Shown piece after piece: positions 8,480 through 15,091 of a stretch of 26,452 nucleotides of DNA. Position 1 is the stretch's first letter. Every line of letters starts with the position of its first letter. Location of the stretch: positions 1-26,452 of the IMG/VR virus record IMGVR_UViG_3300042196_000135, one strand, 5' to 3'. The notes beneath the pieces are model-generated. The model ran no database searches. It saw nothing but the letters and a program-made list of their open reading frames with translations, and was not told where the DNA came from. The stretch is from a virus. Taxonomy: Duplodnaviria > Caudoviricetes. The position numbers and the translations under genes are program-made.

Positions 8480-8653
8480 ATGGCAATAATTGAATTGAAT
8501 GTAAAACGGTTTTTGGTGTGCAGCACTGGCGAGGACGTTGATTTTCCAGAACCAGAGGACAGTCTTGAAGCCGCTATTGCGATGCGCGACAAAAACAACG
8601 AAGACGAAGATAATGACGAGGGATGGGATATTGTGGCAGAAGTAGACGCATAA
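8480..8653 (+). CDS. Cassette ORF: small acidic hypothetical protein
   Basis: GGAG RBS; stop lies within the GCATAAC box. Confidence 0.7.
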   Translation: MAIIELNVKRFLVCSTGEDVDFPEPEDSLEAAIAMRDKNNEDEDNDEGWDIVAEVDA

Positions 8654-8697
8654 CGATAAAGTTGAAGACAACGAACTAGCGGAGTGACTTGTTAGGT
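8648..8697 (-). other. attC site 2, short and degenerate (50 bp)
   Basis: R boxes are intact (plus strand GCATAAC and GTTAGGT) but the L boxes pair poorly. Polarity is assumed from neighbouring sites. Confidence 0.6.
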
Positions 8698-8719
8698 GCT
8701 CTAAATACGGAGAACGGAC

Positions 8720-8956
8720 ATGACACCAGAACAGATGGCGAAGGATGCGGCGCTGGCGATACAAGGCGGAACGAGAATGACGCTGGTTTTACCGAGGCCG
8801 TGGCGAAATAGGCCACTGAAGTTTCCGCGTGGAGAATTGCTGTGCGAAAACTCCAACGGCTGCAATGTTTACAGTTTCGACCCGCTTCGAGTGCTGGCAT
8901 GGCTCGCCGCTAACGGATTGGTGAAAGTGGAAACAAAGGTAGCACCTAACGATTAA
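8720..8956 (+). CDS. Cassette ORF: hypothetical protein
   Basis: GGAG RBS; flanked by GTTAGGTGCT and AGCACCTAAC. Confidence 0.75.
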   Translation: MTPEQMAKDAALAIQGGTRMTLVLPRPWRNRPLKFPRGELLCENSNGCNVYSFDPLRVLAWLAANGLVKVETKVAPND

Positions 8957-9004
8957 GTTAAAGCGCCGCGCTTTTCGCGGTCGATTTTGAACGCCTTGTT
9001 AGGC
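8944..9004 (-). other. attC site 3 (61 bp)
   Basis: Minus strand GCCTAAC-aaggc-GTTCAAAA-tcgaccgcgaaaagcgcggcg-CTTTAAC-ttaatc-GTTAGGT. Confidence 0.92.
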
Positions 9005-9017
9005 GCGGTGGTGAAAA

Positions 9018-9311
9018 ATGTACGAATGCACATGCCCTTATTGTGGCAAAACAATGGATGACCCGGATGATTGCTATGAACCGGATGTAACTTATGAGTA
9101 TGAATGCCCCAACTGTGAGAAAAACTTTGTATTTACAATCGACTATATCCGAACCTACAGCGAGAAAAAAGCCGACTGTCTCAATGGTGCAGAGCATGAA
9201 TATAAGCCAACCATAACTTACCCGAAGCAATGCACAAAAATGCGGTGCGAACACTGTGATGATGTGCGGGCATGCACAGAACAGGAGCTGGCGCAGGTAT
9301 TGAGCGCCTAA
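9018..9311 (+). CDS. Cassette ORF: multi-CxxC zinc-ribbon protein
   Basis: CPYC, CPNC and CEHC motifs; flanked by GTTAGGCGC and GCGCCTAAC. Confidence 0.8.
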   Translation: MYECTCPYCGKTMDDPDDCYEPDVTYEYECPNCEKNFVFTIDYIRTYSEKKADCLNGAEHEYKPTITYPKQCTKMRCEHCDDVRACTEQELAQVLSA

Positions 9312-9365
9312 CGACCAGCATCAGGCGCGGCGCTTTTTGCCGTCGCCTGAATGTGCTGGTTAGGT
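9306..9365 (-). other. attC site 4 (60 bp)
   Basis: Minus strand ACCTAAC-cagcacATTCAGGCgacggc-aaaaagc-gccgcGCCTGATgctggtc-GTTAGGC. Confidence 0.88.
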
Positions 9366-9377
9366 TGCGGAGGAATT

Positions 9378-9658
9378 ATGAAAGAGAAGAAATTACTCGA
9401 AGAACTGAAATCCTGCGTTGATGACTGGGGTGATAATTTTGATATTGATCTTGTGCAAGAGGACTACTGGAAAGGCAATACCTATTTATCAGTAATCATC
9501 ACCCACAAGTCGCTTGGCCATGATTACGAATTTAGAGCGCGTGTCAGTGACGAAGGTACTGTGAAATGGACTACAACGAGGATAGCTGGACACCGATAAA
9601 TATGGGAAATTTGTTTGCATGGATGTGGTTTGATACTGCGCCGAAAAGAGCAACCTAA
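9378..9658 (+). pseudogene. Cassette ORF with an apparent 1-bp deletion near 9560
   Basis: The first frame stops at 9599. The shifted frame reads [31 protein letters not shown] and stops inside the ACCTAAC box. The span is 281 nt. Confidence 0.65.
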
Positions 9659-9775
9659 CGCCCAAGGTAAGCCGCCCGCCGCCAACGAACCGAACAAGGG
9701 AAACGAATGCTAGACACAGAACAGAACGAAAACGAAGCCGCTTGCGGCGGGTCGGCCTTGACCGCCGTGTTAGGG
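9653..9775 (-). other. attC site 5 (123 bp)
   Basis: Minus strand CCCTAAC-acggc-GGTCAAGG-ccgacccgccgc...gcggcgggcg-GCTTACC-ttgggc-GTTAGGT. Confidence 0.88.
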
Positions 9776-10276
9776 GTGGGATCCACGCGGATGCACCCGC
9801 ACGAAAACAAGTTTCACGCGGGCAACAGAGAAGACGGGAAGCACTACTGGCTGACGCCACCCGAGCTTTACACGGAACTGAACGCTGAATTTAATTTTGA
9901 CTTTGACCCCTGCCCTTACCCGAAGCCAGACGACTTCGACGGGCTGACGTGCGAGTGGGGGCAGCGGAACTATGTGAACCCCCCTTTCGGATCCATCGTG
10001 CACCAGGGGAAGAAGAAGGGGCCGACTGCGTGGATGCGCAAGGCCATCGAGGAACAGCGGAAGGGGAAGCTGTCGGTTGTGGTGTACCCAGTGGACAAGT
10101 GGGTTCTGATGATGATGGCCGCGATAGGGGCGCAGAACATCCGAAACCTCGGCGATGTGAAGTGGTGCGCCACAGAGGACGGATCCAAGGGCAAGGGCAC
10201 TGGCCGGCACATCGCGTGCTTCGTGCTGACCCCTAACGCAAAGCTAACCGGCGGGCCGTCAGGCCCGTCCGGTTGA
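9707..10276 (+). CDS. Cassette ORF: phage-type DNA N6-adenine methyltransferase (Dam-like)
   Basis: WLTPPELY..LNAEFNFDFDPCP, DGLTCEW and YVNPPF motifs. Alternative start 9791. Confidence 0.85.
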   Translation: MLDTEQNENEAACGGSALTAVLGVGSTRMHPHENKFHAGNREDGKHYWLTPPELYTELNAEFNFDFDPCPYPKPDDFDGLTCEWGQRNYVNPPFGSIVHQGKKKGPTAWMRKAIEEQRKGKLSVVVYPVDKWVLMMMAAIGAQNIRNLGDVKWCATEDGSKGKGTGRHIACFVLTPNAKLTGGPSGPSG

Positions 10277-10290
10277 GCGACAGGTTATAA
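10231..10290 (-). other. attC site 6 (60 bp)
   Basis: Minus strand TTATAAC-ctgtc-GCTCAACC-ggacgggcctgacggcccgcc-GGTTAGC-tttgc-GTTAGGG. Confidence 0.92.
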
Positions 10291-10293
10291 CGC

Positions 10294-10572
10294 ATGTTGC
10301 TGGCACTGGACTACGACGAAACGTACACCGAAGACCCGGAGTTCTGGGACTTGGTGATTGGGCTTGCTGTGACACGCGGCCATTCGGTTATTTGCGCCAC
10401 GATGCGGCACGAGCACGAAGGAGAGGACATTGTTTCTGCTCTCGGCCATAAGGTTGAGCGGATAATTTTCACCGGCAGGAAAGCCAAGCATCAGTTTGTG
10501 CAAGAGGCCGGATATTACCCGTCTGTGTGGATTGACGATTCGCCACATTGGCTATTTCGGGATGCGTTATAA
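10294..10572 (+). CDS. Cassette ORF: minimal HAD-superfamily phosphatase-like protein
   Basis: ALDYDET, CATMR, K and WIDDSP motifs. Flanked by the perfect 12-bp pair GTTATAACGCAT and ATGCGTTATAAC. Confidence 0.8.
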   Translation: MLLALDYDETYTEDPEFWDLVIGLAVTRGHSVICATMRHEHEGEDIVSALGHKVERIIFTGRKAKHQFVQEAGYYPSVWIDDSPHWLFRDAL

Positions 10573-10584
10573 CTAATATTAGAA
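10567..10584. other. attI-like core, interrupted by the inverted cassette
   Basis: TTATAAC-TAAT-ATTAGAA: two opposed core boxes with no attC body between them, at the intI-proximal end of the array. Confidence 0.55.
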
Positions 10585-10836
10585 CCCTGCAAACTCTGGC
10601 ATGCGCTCGAACTGGTCGCGGGTCAGCCACACCGATGTTATGGCGTACTCATAGCGTTCATCGCCCAGCAGATCGTGCGCCTCGTGACACTCCATCACGC
10701 AGGCCGTGCCGTCGTATTCAACCCTGGCAAATTCTTCGGTCACATAGTCCTCACAAGCTGGCGCGTGGGTGCTTGGCGGGTATTTTCCGCCCATCGTTTC
10801 GCGCAAGTCTCGGCACATCGTCTGGCAGTTACACAT
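10579..10836 (-). CDS. Inverted cassette ORF: hypothetical protein
   Basis: Minus strand GTTAGAACCC-GGAG-ccagct-ATG ... GGGTTCTAAT. Confidence 0.78.
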   Translation of the reverse strand: MCNCQTMCRDLRETMGGKYPPSTHAPACEDYVTEEFARVEYDGTACVMECHEAHDLLGDERYEYAITSVWLTRDQFERMPEFAGF

Positions 10837-10849
10837 AGCTGGCTCCGGG

Positions 10850-10910
10850 TTCTAACACGGCGTTCAAAATCGACCGCGAAAAGCGCGGCGCTTTAACTTA
10901 ATCATTATAC
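10850..10910 (+). other. attC site 7 (61 bp), opposite polarity, with R' = ATTATAC
   Basis: TTCTAAC-acggc-GTTCAAAA...CTTTAAC-ttaatc-ATTATAC; internal 47 bp match site 3 at 46 positions. Confidence 0.88.
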
Positions 10911-10944
10911 GACAAATAACGATTAACACGAGAAGAGACAGCGA

Positions 10945-11922
10945 ATGAACAAACACAAATCGCCTTTCTTAAATGAACTTCGACATCACATGCACGCGCG
11001 TAATTACAGCGAAGCCACGATAAAATCCTATGTCAGCTGGGCGTTGAAATATATTGTGTTCAACCACAAAAAACACCCGCGCGACATGGGCCGTGAACAG
11101 GTGGAACAATACCTGGCACACCTTGCTACTGCTCGCTATTGCTCTGTGGCCACACAAAAGCAGGCGCTCAATGCGCTGGCGTATTTGTACAATCGGTTTT
11201 TAATAAAACCACTTGGCACGCTCACCATCAAAAAAGCGCGCAAACCAAAACGCCTGCCCACCGTGCTATCGGTTAGCGAAGTCAACGCCCTGCTGGAAAA
11301 CCTCACCGGCGTTTACCTTACCTGCGCGCTGCTCATGTATGGCGGTGGCCTTCGCCTGATGGAATGCCTGCGCCTGCGCATAAAAGATATAGATTTTGAA
11401 CGCAAACAAATCACCGTGCGCGGTGGCAAAGGTGACAAAGACCGCACCACCATGCTGCCCCTGTCTGCCATCAAACCCCTGCAGCGCCAACTGGCACTGG
11501 CAGGCAAATACCACCAGCAGGATCTGGCCAACAACAAAGCCAACGTGTGGCTACCGAATGCACTGGCGCGCAAATACCCAAACGCACCTGCACAATGGGG
11601 CTGGCAATGGCTGTTCCCCGCCAGCGGTTATTGCAGTGACAAATACACTGGCGAAATCCGCCGCCACCACATACACCCAAAATCACTGCAACGTGCCATC
11701 AAACACGCCGTGCACGCTGCCCATATAAACAAACCCGCCAGCGCACACACCTTGCGCCACAGCTTCGCCACGCACCTGCTGGAAACCGGCGTCAACATTC
11801 GCGTAATACAAGACCTGCTCGGCCATCAAAACATCAACACCACCATGATCTACACCCATGTGATGACCCACGGCACCACCGGCCTGCAAAGCCCCGCAGA
11901 TTTGCGCATGGCACAGCAATGA
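10945..11922 (+). CDS. intI: Integron integrase
   Basis: Tyrosine recombinase residues in [29 protein letters not shown] and TTMIYTH. Also carries the IntI-specific insertion [18 protein letters not shown]...TGEIRRHH. Confidence 0.96.
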   Translation: MNKHKSPFLNELRHHMHARNYSEATIKSYVSWALKYIVFNHKKHPRDMGREQVEQYLAHLATARYCSVATQKQALNALAYLYNRFLIKPLGTLTIKKARKPKRLPTVLSVSEVNALLENLTGVYLTCALLMYGGGLRLMECLRLRIKDIDFERKQITVRGGKGDKDRTTMLPLSAIKPLQRQLALAGKYHQQDLANNKANVWLPNALARKYPNAPAQWGWQWLFPASGYCSDKYTGEIRRHHIHPKSLQRAIKHAVHAAHINKPASAHTLRHSFATHLLETGVNIRVIQDLLGHQNINTTMIYTHVMTHGTTGLQSPADLRMAQQ

Positions 11923-12152
11923 CCACCCAATGCAAACTAGACCGCTGCCAGGAGCGCTTCACACCAAAGCGCCCAGGCCATAAATTCTGCTGTGATGCCC
12001 ACAGGGCAGAATACCGCCGCGACCACCAGCCCGGCACAGGCACCATCAAAGCCCTGCGCCAGTTGAAAACCACCGGCTGGTCAGTCACAATCCACTTTGA
12101 CACCCAGCCAGCTGTCAGCGTGGGCGCAAAAATACAACTGAGCCGCGATTAA
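11919..12152 (+). CDS. Small Cys/His-containing protein (possible directionality factor)
   Basis: [20 protein letters not shown]; ATGA-coupled to intI and upstream of the serine integrase. Function is inference. Confidence 0.65.
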   Translation: MTTQCKLDRCQERFTPKRPGHKFCCDAHRAEYRRDHQPGTGTIKALRQLKTTGWSVTIHFDTQPAVSVGAKIQLSRD

Positions 12153-12158
12153 TCGCGG
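12143..12158. repeat. Perfect 16-bp palindrome (possible terminator or binding site)
   Basis: CCGCGATTAATCGCGG followed by TTTAT. Confidence 0.5.
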
Positions 12159-12219
12159 TTTATGGGGTTTAATATGGCAAATGATACCAACATAAGCGAT
12201 CAGCCAGAAAAGCTGTGCG

Positions 12220-12327
12220 TGTTTTTAGGTATGGTAGTGGCGGAATTGGTAGACGCATTAGTGGAGCTGATAGCCCTATGTAAAGACGGCGTGCAGGTTC
12301 GAACCCTGCCTACCATACCTAAAAACA
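12220..12327 (+). ncRNA. tRNA-Leu-like structure lacking a canonical anticodon arm, with an 18-bp acceptor stem
   Basis: D arm TGGCGGAATTGGTAGACGCA; variable arm GCC..GGC; T arm GCAGGTTCGAACCCTGC; flanking perfect 18-bp inverted repeat. Confidence 0.75.
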
Positions 12328-12334
12328 TACTGAC

Positions 12335-13951
12335 ATGACCCCAGCCACCTATCTACGATACAGCACCGACAAACAACGCGAAGCCAGCTGCGAAGATCAG
12401 CTGCGCAATGTGCAAGAATTTTGCAGCCGCAACACCTGGCCGATGCCAGTAATCTATAAAGACGAGGCCACCAGTGGTGCCACGCTCAATCGCGCCGGGC
12501 TCGATGCCATGATCACCGCTGCGGATCGCAAAGAATTTGATGTGTTGATTGTTGATGATCAGAGCCGCCTTGGCCGCAACTACGAAATTCCGCTGATCAT
12601 CGAGCGCATGAAATTTTTTGATATACGCGTGATCTGCATTAACAACGGAATCGACACCAGCCGTGATGGCTATGACCTGCTCGTGTGCATGAATAACATG
12701 ATGGACGTCAAAACTATCAAAGACCTCGCCCAGCGCACCCACCGCGGCCTCACCGGCCAGGTGCTAAAAGGCAAAAGCGCGGGCGGCAAAAGCTACGGCT
12801 ACAGCAGCCAGGCGATCGACGACGGATACATAAAAACAATCGTGCCCGAGCAGGCCGAAATTGTGCTGCGCATTTTTACCGATTACGCCAGCGGCCACAG
12901 CCTGCGCCAGATCGCCAACCAGCTCAATGCCGATGGCATCCAAAGCCCAGGCGGAAAACGCTGGCGCACCAGCACGCTCTATGCAGACCCGCTGCGCGGC
13001 ACCGGCCTGCTGTGCAACCCGCTATATAACGGACAATACGTTTGGAACCGGGGCGAATGGCGCAAACACCCCGACACAGGCAAACCCTGCCAACGCCAGC
13101 GCCCACAATCGCAGTGGCACACTATCGATGCCCCGCAGCTGCGCATCATACCGCCAGATCTATGGCAGCGCGTGCAAACCCGCATCGCCACCACCCGCAA
13201 ACACACCCGGGTGCAAATCAGCGCTGGCAAACACCACGGTGGTAGATCGGCGCAGCACATCCTGTCTGGTCTGCTCAAATGCCAGTGCGGCGCGAGCTAT
13301 ATCATCATCAACCGCAACCGCTACGGCTGCGGCGCCAGGCGCGCCAACGGCCACGGCGTGTGCAGCAATGCACTCACCGTCGATCGCACACTGGCAGAGC
13401 AAAAAATTCTAGCTGGCATCAAAACCCAGCTGGCCACCGAGGCCAACTACAAAAAATTTGAAGCCCGAGTGCGCGCCCTGCTCAAACAACGCGAGCCGAA
13501 CACAACAGCCCTGCAGCGCCAGCTCACCGCCGCGACCACAAAGCGCGACAACATCATCAAAGCCATAGAGGCAGGCATATTCACCCCCAGCACCCACGCC
13601 GCCCTACAGGCCGCAGAACACAGCATAGAGCACAGCCAGGCCGCGATCGACCAGGCGCACAAAAACCAGCCCGCCGCCATCCTGCCACGCGCACGCGACA
13701 TCTACAAACAACTGATCGCCCAGCTGGAAAACGCCACAGACAAAAACACGGTGAGAATAGCAGTACAGGAATTAATTGGGGAGATAGAGCTGCAGCCAAG
13801 CCAGTGCAAAACGCACCTGGTGGCCAAAATTACCGGCCATGCCGCTATGGCCGGTAGGTTATCAATGGTAGCGGGGGCAGGATTTGTGTGTTTACCTACC
13901 GATTGGCTTATTCCGCTGACCGGTGCGGATTGTGGCACAAAGAGCGGGTGA
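12335..13951 (+). CDS. int: Large serine recombinase (phage integrase)
   Basis: YLRYSTDKQ catalytic motif, DQSRLGRN, recombinase domain (NPLYNG), zinc ribbon LSGLLKCQCG and a coiled coil. Confidence 0.95.
   Translation: MTPATYLRYSTDKQREASCEDQLRNVQEFCSRNTWPMPVIYKDEATSGATLNRAGLDAMITAADRKEFDVLIVDDQSRLGRNYEIPLIIERMKFFDIRVICINNGIDTSRDGYDLLVCMNNMMDVKTIKDLAQRTHRGLTGQVLKGKSAGGKSYGYSSQAIDDGYIKTIVPEQAEIVLRIFTDYASGHSLRQIANQLNADGIQSPGGKRWRTSTLYADPLRGTGLLCNPLYNGQYVWNRGEWRKHPDTGKPCQRQRPQSQWHTIDAPQLRIIPPDLWQRVQTRIATTRKHTRVQISAGKHHGGRSAQHILSGLLKCQCGASYIIINRNRYGCGARRANGHGVCSNALTVDRTLAEQKILAGIKTQLATEANYKKFEARVRALLKQREPNTTALQRQLTAATTKRDNIIKAIEAGIFTPSTHAALQAAEHSIEHSQAAIDQAHKNQPAAILPRARDIYKQLIAQLENATDKNTVRIAVQELIGEIELQPSQCKTHLVAKITGHAAMAGRLSMVAGAGFVCLPTDWLIPLTGADCGTKSG
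13866..13886 (-). other. Putative attP core matching the 3' end of an initiator tRNA-Met
   Basis: Minus strand CAAATCCTGCCCCCGCTACCA: half T-loop, acceptor strand and CCA. The rest of the tRNA is absent. Confidence 0.78.
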
Positions 13952-14038
13952 CTTCAACAGGTTGGCGGGGTGTTTTGGGGGTAATATATAAGGAGTGGGT
14001 GATTTACAAATATTTTCTGGTATTATTCCAAATCCTAT

Positions 14039-14575
14039 TCACTGATCTGGTTGAATTTTGAGCAGTGTGGCCTGTAGAGCATTTACCTTTATTCGCAATC
14101 TTATATTGTCTGCTGCGGAATCTTGTATAACCTGGGCGCCCGCTCGGGTTGCATCAATTGTTTGTCGATGTGGATCTTCGGGCAGGGTATCTGTTGCGGC
14201 GGCAATGTTCCACAGCTGGTAAGTAAAATAGTCAGACTGACTATCAGGGCCAGCAGTGGCCATGCAATCAGGATGCGCCACATTTCTGGTGGCAGTGGCA
14301 GCTGCTCTGGCTTTTTCGAGTTGTTTGATTTTTTCATTTTTGGTTTCCAGTTCGGTTTGCGCGCTGGCCATGGTCTGGTAGAAAGCGCTGGCTATATTGA
14401 TGGCACCGGCCTGTATATCTGCCTGTTTTTGTGCGGCTATGGCGGTGTTTTTGGTGGCCTGTGTTGAATCGATCAACTGCTGATCTGCCACGCCGTTGTG
14501 GTGGCCTGCGTAATAGGCGGCGGTGATGGCCAGGGCAATTGCCAGCAGGCTGGCTATGCCGCCTTTGATGGTCAT
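14039..14575 (-). CDS. Rz-like i-spanin
   Basis: N-terminal transmembrane segment and coiled coil; nested lipoprotein ORF; last gene of the lysis cluster. Confidence 0.8.
   Translation of the reverse strand: MTIKGGIASLLAIALAITAAYYAGHHNGVADQQLIDSTQATKNTAIAAQKQADIQAGAINIASAFYQTMASAQTELETKNEKIKQLEKARAAATATRNVAHPDCMATAGPDSQSDYFTYQLWNIAAATDTLPEDPHRQTIDATRAGAQVIQDSAADNIRLRIKVNALQATLLKIQPDQ
14101..14283 (-). CDS. Rz1-like o-spanin lipoprotein, nested
   Basis: MWRILIAWPLLALIVSLTILLTS-C lipobox; Pro-rich mature region; lies in a different frame inside Rz. Confidence 0.8.
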   Translation of the reverse strand: MWRILIAWPLLALIVSLTILLTSCGTLPPQQIPCPKIHIDKQLMQPERAPRLYKIPQQTI

Positions 14576-14673
14576 GCCAGACAGATGGTGGTGATGATTG
14601 CAGCCAGCACCAGCAGCATGCTGATGACCAGTGCCACGGCTGAAATTAGCTGGTATTTTTTGCGTGGGTTCAT
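14572..14673 (-). CDS. 33-aa single-pass membrane peptide (not in the ORF track)
   Basis: MNPRKKYQLISAVALVISMLLVLAAIITTICLA; GGAGG RBS; ATGA overlap with Rz. Confidence 0.6.
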   Translation of the reverse strand: MNPRKKYQLISAVALVISMLLVLAAIITTICLA

Positions 14674-14674
14674 T

Positions 14675-15091
14675 TCATTCACCCTCCCGGCGCCGCTGAT
14701 TGACCATGATGGTTTTGTCGTATTCATCGGTGACTTTTTCTGTGTCACCGCGCACGGTGAATTTGCGGGCCTTTAGTATGGCGATTAGCCACAGGTAGCG
14801 TTTTTGTTTTGCATAAGCCAGCAGCAATAGATATATGACCGGGTTTAATATTGCAATGGCGGCTGCCCATCGATCACGATCAAGATCACCCACCATGAAA
14901 AATCTTGTGATGATGTAGCCGGTGAGTATGGCAAAGGTGAAGATGATTAGTTTGCGCGCGAAGTCATCCAGGTTTGCCAGGTAATGTTTCACCAGCGCTT
15001 TAAACATTTGCACAACAGTCAGTGTGGAAATAATTGAAATTGCCAACCAGTAATGATGCAGAAGCCAGGCTATGGTTGAGTGCTCATCCAT
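14675..15091 (-). CDS. Holin-like multi-pass membrane protein
   Basis: Three or more hydrophobic segments and a charged C-terminus; within the lysis cluster. Confidence 0.6.
   Translation of the reverse strand: MDEHSTIAWLLHHYWLAISIISTLTVVQMFKALVKHYLANLDDFARKLIIFTFAILTGYIITRFFMVGDLDRDRWAAAIAILNPVIYLLLLAYAKQKRYLWLIAILKARKFTVRGDTEKVTDEYDKTIMVNQRRREGE

Larger units (their letters stand above)
8375..11922. mobile_element. Complete integron: intI, attI-like site and seven cassettes
   Basis: IntI-specific integrase adjacent to seven attC-like sites. The R boxes flanking each ORF are reverse complements of each other. Confidence 0.92.

Noticed and set aside
8375-10910. CRISPR array or terminator series as an explanation for the spaced palindromes
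   Set aside because: The units differ in sequence, are separated by whole ORFs, lack U-tracts and show attC R/L box architecture.
10945-11922. Ordinary phage tyrosine integrase or XerC/D
   Set aside because: It has the IntI-specific insertion and adjacent attC sites, and a separate serine integrase with an att core is present.
12231-12320. Functional tRNA-Leu gene
   Set aside because: No 7-nt anticodon loop can be formed and the 3' end is sequestered in an extended stem; reported as tRNA-like instead.
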